Shown here: piece after piece, positions 49,685 through 60,767 of the stretch
Layout: every line of letters begins with the position of its first letter
Numbering within the stretch: position 1 is the stretch's first letter
NCBI RefSeq assembly: GCF_001194135.2
Contig: NC_068991.1
Coordinates: forward strand, 6,491,750-6,555,749
Length of the DNA stretch: 64,000 bases
Origin: Octopus bimaculoides
Taxonomy: Eukaryota
Direction of reading: 5' to 3'
Position numbers and translations under genes: made by a program
Notes under the pieces: model-generated
Told to the model about the DNA's origin: nothing
The model's database searches: none
Seen by the model: the letters and a program-made list of their open reading frames with translations, nothing else

Positions 49685-51506
49685 CTTAGTTATAGAATTC
49701 ATTAGAATCTAAGCACACCAAAATATAGGATGCCAGAAATGGCTGGGTATCATAATATAAGATTCAGAGTGAGGTAAAAGAACTATGAGCGTTTTTGAAG
49801 TTGGTTAGTTTTGCATGCGGTGTGTTGGAAATAATTCTGTTTTTACTTTTTTAAACAGATTAATAAAGATTAAACATAATCTGTTTAAGGACCGTATTAA
49901 TTTGTTCCTGTAGCAGTTAAATAAAACCATGTTCTTTACTTCATTTAATTTTTATCCTATGAACATTATACTGTATGCACGGTACGGGACCTATATTTGT
50001 CGTAGTCATTAAACTATGGCCATCCTGGGGCATCTTCTTGAATTTTAGTCGAATGAGTCGACCCAATTCTTTTTTTTTTCCAAACCTGGTACTTCGGTCT
50101 CTTTTGCCGAACCGGTAAGTTACGGGGACATCAGCACACTAATCGGTTGTCAAGCGGTGGGACTGAACCCGGAACCATGTGGTTGTGAAGCAAGCTCCAT
50201 ACCACACCGCCGCAAAATTTTTTAAAGGATTAATAAACATCAAAGAGACCCTACTTCAGAAGCAAATTAACATAAATCTTAAATACAATCTAATTCTTTT
50301 ACTTTCATTGTTCATTTTATATTTAAGCTATATATGTTGGCACCATTGGATTGAACCCGAGGCCACGTGGCTGCAAAGCGAGCCATGTTCGTTTATAATT
50401 ATTTCAATTGAGTAAAATAAGCGAAATCAGAGACATTCTACCGTGGGTTGTTTATAATATTTATACATTTGTGGTGAAAGATTTCACAGAACAACGATAT
50501 ATATATAGAAATAAATTCAAACTTACCATTTTATCAATCCTAGTTCAGTTGTAAGAACATAGAAATGGCATTAAATAAACGTAAAGCAAAGTATTTTCTC
50601 TGGACTTGAGAGATCCCTTTCACCCCAGTGTCTGCCTCTTTCTAATACATTTTGTTTTACGGAAGTCTTTCTTTCTTTCCCCTCTACGACACCAATTGTT
50701 TTTAAATTATTGTTGACTGAAGACAAAACGACAAAACAGCAGTAATACTAATAATGGACGACCGCAGCAAACAATTTGTCGTTTGTTTTTCGAAGTCAGC
50801 TCCTGGCAACAGAGACATAAGCCATTGAAGTCATGACATAACAATTGATAGCCACCTTTTATTATCCTTTCAAGTAGGAGAAACAGAACTATCTCCAGTC
50901 GTTTTTTCTTTTCTTTCCTTCTAACATTGCATAACTTGTACAAGGTTGCCAAGTTTTTGAATAGATTACTTCTTAGCGAATTTAAAGGCTTACATTTGAA
51001 ATGCACCTCTTATTGTTCTGCAAAGCCTATTGTTACATATCGGTTTATGTTTTCATACTGTTGAAAGTTCTCGTAAATAACTCTGTAACCACAAACCAAC
51101 GGGGTAGAGAGAGAGAGAGCTTCAATATTATTGCTGTTGGACCTGCTACAAATAGCAGCCAATTCTCTTGCAAAATGTCATTCGGCCGTCTTTAACAAGA
51201 AATACGCATTGTATAATGGAATTTTAAAGAGAGTAAAAAATGAAGAAATAGTCACAGTAGAGGTCTGTTGGATTAGAGTTGATTGGTTAAGCAACAGCAG
51301 CAGCAGCAAAAAAAAAAATGCAACAGCAGTAATTTTGCTACGTGGTTCTGGTTTCGAATAGAACTCGGCATTTCCTCCATCCGTAAAGGTTGACTACCTT
51401 TTATCCTTTCGAGGTTAATAAAATAAGTACCAGTTGAGTTCTGGGGTCGATGTAATCAATTAGACCCCACCTCACAAATTTTAAACTTTGTGCCGAAGTT
51501 GGACTC

Positions 51507-51876
51507 GAATTTGTAGAGTTGAATTGGACAAGATGTCTTGCGGTATCTGTTCCAGTCCACTGCGTTCTCATAGCAATAACTGAAGACACAGGTGCCAGGC
51601 TGTATTGCCCCAAATCGGCGGCCTTTTTTCTGGATAACATCTGTGAAGTGGAGAGGAAAGCCTAGATTTTTTTTTACGAAAATTAGCTGTCACTCATGTA
51701 TGCAAGTCTTGCCTCTCTCTACACCATAAATATTATCCAGGGGAAAGGCCACCGCCTTGGGCCAATACAGCCTGGCACCGGTGTCGTTACGGTCGTTGCT
51801 ACCAGAATACAATGGTTCGGAACAGATACTGCAAGGTATTTAGTTCAATCCAACTCTTGAACTGTTCCACAAATTC
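51507..51876. repeat. Long inverted repeat (about 130-145-bp arms, about 95-bp spacer) of SINE-related sequence
   Basis: GTGCCAGGCTGTATTG...CTGGATAA (to 51637) is mirrored from 51733; similarity extends outward to GAATTTGT/ACAAATTC. Confidence 0.85.
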
Positions 51877-51977
51877 AATGCCTCTCATAGGTACTTATTC
51901 TGCGGGCTGGCAGAATCGTTGGCACACTAGCCAAAGTGCTTGGCAGAATTTCAGGCCTTGTGTCTATAGTAGAAAAG

Positions 51978-51978
<1 letters not shown>

Positions 51979-52057
<79 letters not shown>
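51979..52057. repeat. (TAT)n microsatellite (SINE B tail) running into a gap
   Basis: Direct read; follows ...TATAGTAGAAAAG SINE end. Confidence 0.95.
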
Positions 52058-52794
52058 NNNNNNNNNNNNNNNNNNNNNNNNNNNNNNNNNNNNNNNNNNN
52101 NNNNNNNNNNNNNNNNNNNNNNNNNNNNNNNNNNNNNNNNNNNNNNNNNNNNNNNNNNNNNNNNNNNNNNNNNNNNNNNNNNNNNNNNNNNNNNNNNNNN
52201 NNNNNNNNNNNNNNNNNNNNNNNNNNNNNNNNNNNNNNNNNNNNNNNNNNNNNNNNNNNNNNNNNNNNNNNNNNNNNNNNNNNNNNNNNNNNNNNNNNNN
52301 NNNNNNNNNNNNNNNNNNNNNNNNNNNNNNNNNNNNNNNNNNNNNNNNNNNNNNNNNNNNNNNNNNNNNNNNNNNNNNNNNNNNNNNNNNNNNNNNNNNN
52401 NNNNNNNNNNNNNNNNNNNNNNNNNNNNNNNNNNNNNNNNNNNNNNNNNNNNNNNNNNNNNNNNNNNNNNNNNNNNNNNNNNNNNNNNNNNNNNNNNNNN
52501 NNNNNNNNNNNNNNNNNNNNNNNNNNNNNNNNNNNNNNNNNNNNNNNNNNNNNNNNNNNNNNNNNNNNNNNNNNNNNNNNNNNNNNNNNNNNNNNNNNNN
52601 NNNNNNNNNNNNNNNNNNNNNNNNNNNNNNNNNNNNNNNNNNNNNNNNNNNNNNNNNNNNNNNTATATATATATATATATATATATTCACTTTTAAGTTT
52701 ATGGATTTCCTATAAAGATAAACTTAATATTGACTTGGCTGTATATTATGGTTGCAAAACAAAAGACAGTGTCCTTGCCAACGATTAACAAACA

Positions 52795-52814
52795 CGCACA
52801 CACACACACACACA

Positions 52815-52856
<42 letters not shown>
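52795..52856. repeat. (CA)n microsatellite
   Basis: Direct read. Confidence 0.95.
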
Positions 52857-52857
<1 letters not shown>

Positions 52858-53647
52858 ATGTGCAGAATAGAGTCGAAAGCTTTTAGGCGGATCCGTGTTA
52901 AATTTACTTGCATATATAAAATAAGATTAAAAAAAACGACTTCCTGATTTTATTCCACGTAATTTTTAGTCAATAAGCAATATTGATACATAATGATACA
53001 TAATGAATAACGAGATAATTTTTATTGAAGTAATTAGCTATATATAAATAATTATCAGGTTATTCAAAGAAATGAGAAACTTTCTACTAAACGTACATAA
53101 ACATGCATTGATATGGAACTTAAGACTACCAACACCAAATGGGTCGCATATACCGACTTAGTTTCTTTATAACTTTTCAGAAAAATGGTTAGTTTTCAAC
53201 GAAATTCTCTCCAGATACCTATTAGATTGTGTAAATTATGATGATATTGAATTTAGTGTCAGAAGAAAAGCAGAAAAGAAAGAATCGTGGCCGGGAATAT
53301 ACATACTGATGCACATCACGAATATATCTAGAAAATGAAACTACAAAATTATATGATGTTTGTCAGAATGTATTACTGACAAATCGTTATCTACGCTTTC
53401 TGAATGGTATTTTGAAGAAAATTTTGCTCCAGCATGGCCACAGTCATTGAACTGAAACATATAAAAGAATAAACACCCATTTTTCTGAAAAAGTCAACTC
53501 GCGTCAGGTATCCGAAACTTCCCACTTCCACGAAAATATTTTTGACCACAAATTCCAATATAATCGGAATTTGCACCGTATAGAAGATATATATCGTTGG
53601 CGATTTTTTCTTCCTCCGTCTTTCCCTTCTTTGGACTTTCTTTGTTT

Positions 53648-53674
53648 CCGACGAAGAGCTCCGCTCGAAACGTC
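53648..53674 (+). ncRNA. Minimal hammerhead-ribozyme-like motif (Penelope pLTR type), variant core
   Basis: CCGACGA-A-GAGC-TCC-GCTC-GAAA-CG-TC: stem II, GAAA, palindromic ACGU, GUC triplet; U4 replaced by C. Confidence 0.45.
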
Positions 53675-56600
53675 AAATTCTCTTTCTTTCCTTTCCCGAG
53701 CGTCCAGTAACACAATCTGTATCACGTCCTCACGTTGTTGTTTTTTGTTGTTGTTTTTTTTTGTCTTTTTCCTTTTTTGAACTTATATATATATATACAT
53801 TACATATTTCAGTCATTGGACTGCGGTCATACTGGGGCATCATCTTGAATGCTTCAGTCGAATGAATCAACCCCAGTTCTTACCTTTTAAAAGACTGGTA
53901 CTTATTGTATCGTTTTTTTTTACCGAACCGCTAAGTTACGGGGACATAAACAAACCAGCACTGGTTGTTAAAAGGTGGGGGAGAAGCACAGACCCACTGT
54001 ATGGTCACACAACTTGTTAAAAATAGCAATAAAATCTTCCTCAGATTACATCCTACCATTTATAAAGAGGGAAGACACCTTTTATAAATGCAATGGAAGA
54101 TAAATAAAACTGGTTGATCATGGCTGGAATGCTTTTCGGTATAGAATTTTTCGATCAGGACCTAAGGAACAGAGCGTGAGCCTAAGGAACAACTCCGTAG
54201 TTATACAAACATATGAGAGCATGACAACACACTCACATACACGCACACACATACAAAGAGAAAGACCGAAACAGAAAGATAGAGAGAGAGAGAGAAAGAG
54301 TGGGAAAGAGAAAGTGAAAGAGAGAGAGAGAGGCATGTAAACCCGTTGAAATGAATATTACGCACGATTAATGACTAACAGAAAGTTACAGACTAACAGA
54401 TAAATTCACACACACACACACATACACACGCGAACACTTGTGCACATAAACACACATTTAAACATGCGCGCGCACATACACACGCGACAAGCACGCATTT
54501 ACATGGCTTTGATTTCGATTTCAAAAAGTGAACCAATCACATTTATGCAAATTATCACCAACTTTACCGCCTTCCGTAAAAAAAAAAAAAAAAAAATTAA
54601 ATAAAAATATTATAACCAGAAAAATTAGTAAATGTTAATTTGCTATCAACAAGTTTGTTATCAACAGTTATCATTTTATTGTTATTATTATTATTATTTT
54701 ATTGATTGTTTATATGATTGTGATAGTTACTTTAAAAAAAAAAAATTTTTTTTCTCTCTCTGTTAATCATCAGTTTATCAACTTTGACCCGGTCAAATTG
54801 TTCTTATTGGTTGCGAGAAAATAAATATTTACATCACTCTCAAAGTACAACCCATCAAAGTAACAGTGAATTTCTACTTGTGCCGTCTCTGATCAGACAC
54901 GTTCGGTGAATCTTGCTTTGACACATAAGTGTTCTGTTCTCTAACAAAAATTACTTGAAAAGCTTATGAGTACCACCAACCACCGAAAATGTATAGTTCA
55001 AAAGGTAAATATTTACATTTTAGAAAATCAATTTTTATTTTTGTTAATATATTGTTTGTTTACTTTTTTATTTTTTAAATTTTATTATTTTTCTAAGCGT
55101 GTTTCTATTGTTGAACATGATCATTCATAGTCATCATCGTAACCATCTGCATGTTCGGACGGGACGCTGAATTGTCACGAACGGCATTTAATGCAACAGA
55201 ACTTTAAACAATTCAAGCAGTAAAATAAATTTTAAGCTGTGAAGATGAAGAGAAGCCTTAACGTTTCGGACAAAACTCCTTGGTCGGAAAGAAATGAAAC
55301 ACTCACTAGTGACGCTGGATAAAATTGATAGAGAATCGCGAAAGAAGACATCAGAAAAATAAAGAAAAACTTCTGGCCGAAACGTTATTACTCCTTTCTT
55401 CTGAATGACTGAAGTTTATTCCACTAGTTGAACAACACTTTTTTTTTGTCTATTGATCTACGCAAATCACCACAAGTCTCTTCGGATTCTACGGTATTTA
55501 GTTTCGTTCTTCTATTAACTGATTTCAAAAATAGTCGCTATCGATTTTGGCTTTGTTGCTTTGGCAGAAACGGTCGAGTACTTAACTATATGTTTTTTTG
55601 TTTTATTCCTCTAAGTTTTAAGTTTAAATTTTCTGAGTCGATTTACTCTTTATCCATCTGGAGTTTCATAAAATAGGATCCAGTCTTTTTAAATCTATAA
55701 ATATCACGGGCATAAAACTACAGAAGTATGCGCCTGAATTTGTTTCCTTATGGCTTTCTGAAAAGTGGATATATTGTTTTATGAAATTTTCTTCAGTTGA
55801 TGTAGATTACGATCAAGTTGGAATTTTTTCTTTTTTGTGAAAAACATTTTCAGAGGTTGGGAGGGCGATAAGTTTCGGATAATTCACACACCTCGACTTT
55901 GTTTCCTCATGCACTTACATTACCAAAGACCCATTTTTCTGAAAGTTAGGAAGAAAAAGTCGACTCGTGTCAGGTATCCGAAACTTCCCACTTCCACGAA
56001 AATATTTCTGACTACAAATTCCAATATAATCGGAATTTACACGGTATGGAAGATATATATNNNNNNNNNNNNNNNNNNNNNNNNNNNNNNNNNNNNNNNN
56101 NNNNNNNNNNNNNNNNNNNNNNNNNNNNNNNNNNNNNNNNNNNNNNNNNNNNNNNNNNNNNNNNNNNNNNNNNNNNNNNNNNNNNNNNNNNNNNNNNNNN
56201 NNNNNNNNNNNNNNNNNNNNNNNNNNNNNNNNNNNNNNNNNNNNNNNNNNNNNNNNNNNNNNNNNNNNNNNNNNNNNNNNNNNNNNNNNNNNNNNNNNNN
56301 NNNNNNNNNNNNNNNNNNNNNNNNNNNNNNNNNNNNNNNNNNNNNNNNNNNNNNNNNNNNNNNNNNNNNNNNNNNNNNNNNNNNNNNNNNNNNNNNNNNN
56401 NNNNNNNNNNNNNNNNNNNNNNNNNNNNNNNNNNNNNNNNNNNNNNNNNNNNNNNNNNNNNNNNNNNNNNAGGATACCAGGAAACCCCAGAATGGCAGAA
56501 ATTCAAAAGATAGTGCTCATGGGAACTGCCCATATCCTACGTAAAATACTGTCTCTGTAATCTCAAATTTTAAAACAAACACATAATTTTCTTATGTTTT

Positions 56601-56738
56601 CTTAAACATTCTCTAGAACAATATTAAGTACAAAACCAAGTATATGGCACTCTAAGCATAACACCAACATGAACTTCTAACTTGAGGTCTCTGGGTGAGA
56701 CTTGGAGCCAACTTGTACAAATACAAAGCAAAAGTCAA

Positions 56739-56743
<5 letters not shown>

Positions 56744-56806
<63 letters not shown>
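56744..56806. repeat. (AAT)n microsatellite
   Basis: Direct read. Confidence 0.95.
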
Positions 56807-56809
<3 letters not shown>

Positions 56810-57381
56810 GGTTAGAAGCATACAATCTTATCTCTTCAACTCTCAGATTATTTGTAACACACACACATTGTTGCTAATTGTTAGAATTTAACAAATGTTA
56901 TGAAAAAGGAAATTAGAATCGCACAGCAACCTGTATTATCACAAATGTACGGCTATAGTTAATCATATGATGACAGAATATACTGTTGTTGTTGTTGTTG
57001 CTTTTAGCTCTACGTTAGTCCTGATAAGAACGGCTTATCGAAAGGATACCAGCTATGATCATCTGTCTGTCTATTTGGCAGCCTCGTTAGTTCGTTTTTG
57101 CTGCTGCTACTGGAGTTTTTGTTGTTCCGAATTTTACCGAATAGAGTCTGACATCTGATTTGCTGTTTTGGATTAAACTTCGGTCTTTATTCAATGTTCC
57201 GATTGAGGATGGGTTTACTTAAAACTTATGAAACCCATTTTACTGACAGTTGAGAGTCACTTGTCTCTCGCTGGACGGAGCACCTTTCTTTGTTGATCCT
57301 ACCACCAACGGAACAGTACATATAGAATACAAAAGTATTTTTTAAATACGCTAACTCGTGCGTATAACAAAAATATTCTTT

Positions 57382-57418
<37 letters not shown>

Positions 57419-57510
57419 ATATAACAAAATTGGTGAGTTGGTTCTGAAAGACTTGTATTATATGGTAAATTCGACGAAAACAGTATAGAGAACTTGCTGT
57501 GGGGAGTGAA

Positions 57511-57666
57511 AAATCCAAAGTTTCAGACAGAGTCCTTCTTCAGGGAAATGTAAACAAGAGAAGAATTATCGAGAGGCTGCAGAGGATGTAAAACTTTGCT
57601 GATTATCTTTAATTTTTTGTTGTCATCTTTTCAGTGAAGAAGGACTTTGTCCGAAACGTTGGATTT
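57511..57666. ncRNA. Inverted pair of minimal hammerhead-like motifs (Penelope pLTR type)
   Basis: Minus: CTGAAGA-A-GGAC-TCT-GTCT-GAAA-CTTT; plus: GTGAAGA-A-GGAC-TTT-GTCC-GAAA-CGTT; 33-bp arms 29/33 identical. Confidence 0.5.
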
Positions 57667-57817
57667 ATGACTTAACCCTGGAAAGTTCACCGTACTTCTG
57701 TCGATTTTACATGTGATCAAAGTTTTACTGCCCAGTCTTCGGTCTGCTAACTGAATTATTATATGAATATACCTCTCTTAGTTTTGTCGTGTCTTGGGAG
57801 GGTCATTACGCTAATAA

Positions 57818-58076
57818 TGATAACACGCACGGGTTCAGTATCACTTCTTTATTCCTAGTCAATTGGTTACATATCTAACCAACTAACTAATCGATCGTTT
57901 GTTGGTTAAACAATCGATCGGGTTGTTGTTTGTTAGTCAAAGCTATTTCGTTGCTGTTCGCAGCCTTTCAGTGACTTAGTCACTTCCTTTCTCGTTCCGA
58001 GGTCTGCTCTGCGTCTGTCTGAGAAATTGGCCTTATGCCTCTGTGTATATATGGTTGTGTGTGTGTGTGTTTGTGA

Positions 58077-58116
<40 letters not shown>

Positions 58117-58206
58117 GTTTGGAGGTGGGAAGGGTGAAAGTAAACAAAGGGTTTGTGTGTGTTTGTGTGTATGTATGTGTGTGTGTTTGTGTGTATGTGT
58201 GTGTGT

Positions 58207-58245
<39 letters not shown>

Positions 58246-58380
58246 GATGTTTGGAGGCGGGAAGGGTGAAAGTAAACAAAGGGTTTGTGTGTGTGTGTGT
58301 GTGTGTATGCTTAATCTGTTATCGGTCCATTGTTTCTTTCCAAGGTTGTTGATTAATTTTGGATACGAAATCTAGGTACA
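57818..58380 (-). mobile_element. Probable solo LTR containing a (CA)n/42-bp compound array
   Basis: Minus strand TGTACC...TATATA...AATAAA...GTGTTATCA; flanks TTAAT/TTATT (4 of 5 match). Confidence 0.45.
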
Positions 58381-59997
58381 ATTAATACGCAACCAATAAT
58401 TTATTACATCACGAATAGCGTTTGTTATTGCTGTGTGTGTTGTGTTTGTTGTTGCGTTTATTGTTGTTGTGATCGAGATGGATCTTTGTGTATAAAAGGC
58501 TTTGCAACCACGTGATTTCGGTTTCAGTTCCACTGTGAGACACCTTGGGTAAATGCCTTGCGTCAACCAATGCCTTGTGAGGAAATTTGGTTGACGGAAA
58601 CTGTGAGGAAACCTGTCGTATATGTGTGTATTTGTATTTGTCACCCCATTATCGGTTGACAACCGGTGTTGGTTTAAATTCGCTTTAAATTTATATTTTA
58701 CGAAGCGTCCAAATGTTCGTTGCACGACTGCGATCAGATCTCTGCTACATATTTAAAGTCAATTTAAAAAGCTTTGCGTTTTATTAAATGGTTCTTCCAC
58801 GCCATAGTTGGCATTTTAAGTATATGAATAATATTTTGTTTGCATTTGTGATTATATCTTCTTCATAACTCACAAGTTCACAACAAGAATCTTGCAAGCC
58901 AAATACAAAGACGAAACAACATTCTTAAGTTTCAGAAAGTGTCACAGTACAATGTCCATTTATGGCTTCGTTATTGAAAACACACGTCTTTTATCGTCTC
59001 TAAAACTGATGCAGCTATTACAGAACATTCGCGATCTTTATCCATGTAATTAAAAAAATTATAAATACACTTACAAAGCATCGGATTGAGATTCCCTATT
59101 GTTTCCATTTAAAGTACATTTTATATTATTAAAAAATATATATAATCTTCTTTCCTCGCGCTCTTTCTCCTTCTATGTAATCCGAGCCGATTTACTTTGA
59201 ACACAAATTGCTTATCATATCTTCAAAGGAATTTCTGAGAGCAAACTCTTGCTGACGTCATTACGAGGTAGGAGGTGGCAGTAACATTGCCTCTGCCCTA
59301 AATATTTCCTTGGAAATCGGTCATTTGAATCCAAGGCAGACAAAGTAGCAAGACAAAGTTAGTAGAGTATGAAATAACTCGCCTTAATCCTTATTATCGT
59401 TATTGCTGTCAAATATAATTCTGAAGCCTCTTACAATGTCTTTCAAACACAAAAACAATTCGTTCGCTGTTGTTAGTTTTCATAATGTATTGTTGAACGA
59501 AATATTTTTGGGCAGATGTTTTCAATCACAATTGGGTTTAACCGACTTTTACTTCGCTGCTGAAATCAATCATTATCTTAATTCATTATCCTTTATTTCT
59601 ATTTTCATTCCTCTTTATAAAGAAACACGTTGTACTCTCAATTATTATACATTTGTTCGTTTATCAATATGATGATATCAGGGTCGGCATTTGTTTCGTT
59701 CAAATCATATCAAAGTAAGTGTTGTTTTTTGATTCTTTCGGGGTTGGGATAAGGATCGATAGAATAACGAACTAATGATGCCCCGGAGTCGATGCAATCC
59801 ACTAATCCTTACCTTCCAAATTTTAACCTTGTGTCAGTGTTAGAAACAAATTTTAAAAGCAGTTGATTGGCCCAATCGCCGGGAGCGTCGGAGTCGGACA
59901 GTGTGCCTTGAAACATTTAGTTATTTTTGGCCCCTTTTTTTGTATTACAAATTGTTATTGCTGTTGTTGTTGTTGTTGCTTCTGCTTCGGCTGTTGT

Positions 59998-60028
<31 letters not shown>

Positions 60029-60529
60029 AAAATAAATACTAGTTGAGTACTAGGGTCAATGTAATCGATTTAACCCCTCTCCTAAAATTACTGACCTTGT
60101 GCCAAAACCTGAAATCAATATTAGTTATAGGTTTACTTATAGAGTTATTAATTTACCGATACTGTTTTTTGTACATAATGTAAATGTGGTTTCTTTGTTG
60201 TAGCTTAATTAATAATGTTAGTGTTTAATTCTTCCTAGAATTAAGATTGAATGAATGTGGTGATATCTAAGGAATGTTTCTTCCCAAACAACACTTATTT
60301 TAGTGCTGTTGACACCGCCGGATTGAATGATACTGCCCAGGTGTCGAAACCATAATGATATCCACGGGGCAGCTGATGAAGGAGGCGTGTTGGATTGTTG
60401 ATAAGGCTGTTATTGTATGTGCGGAATAGTTTTATAAGACATACATTTAATTATTTTCTTTGTTGCAGTCCGTTACTTATCGTATTTGATGGCATATTAA
60501 ACATACATTTTTTCCCCAAAGAATATCTC

Positions 60530-60560
<31 letters not shown>

Positions 60561-60767
60561 TCGCTCCGTGTCTATATCTTAAGTTGGGCCTATATTACAT
60601 GCATTAATGCTATTTTTCCTGAATATGTGCTGCTAAAATTGGGGTGCATTTATTATGCCTGTGCATCTTTTGTGCCTTTCAAACACGGTAATTTCATTGT
60701 TAGTTAATGCCATTTCATTTTATGTGTATCACTAACCCTAGTGAAAGATGTGAAAAGATCATTATAG

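Noticed and set aside
54966-55004. ATG-containing mini-exon (MSTTNHRKCIVQK|gtaaat) as start of the 62.8 kb gene
   Set aside because: Phase 0 does not match the phase-1 entry needed at 62769; at most a leader exon with a uORF
57980-58352. HT- and VC-repeat ORFs (also 45600-46139, 56652-56877, 63409-63736)
   Set aside because: Translations of microsatellites
59253-59260. CRE palindrome TGACGTCA and nearby donor-like GAG|GTAGGA
   Set aside because: Single 8-mer is expected by chance at this scale; no supporting exon
60333-60385. Type II hammerhead (GAAA...CTGATGA)
   Set aside because: Available pairing (CTGCCC/GGGCAG) does not fit hammerhead topology; no stem III or stem II
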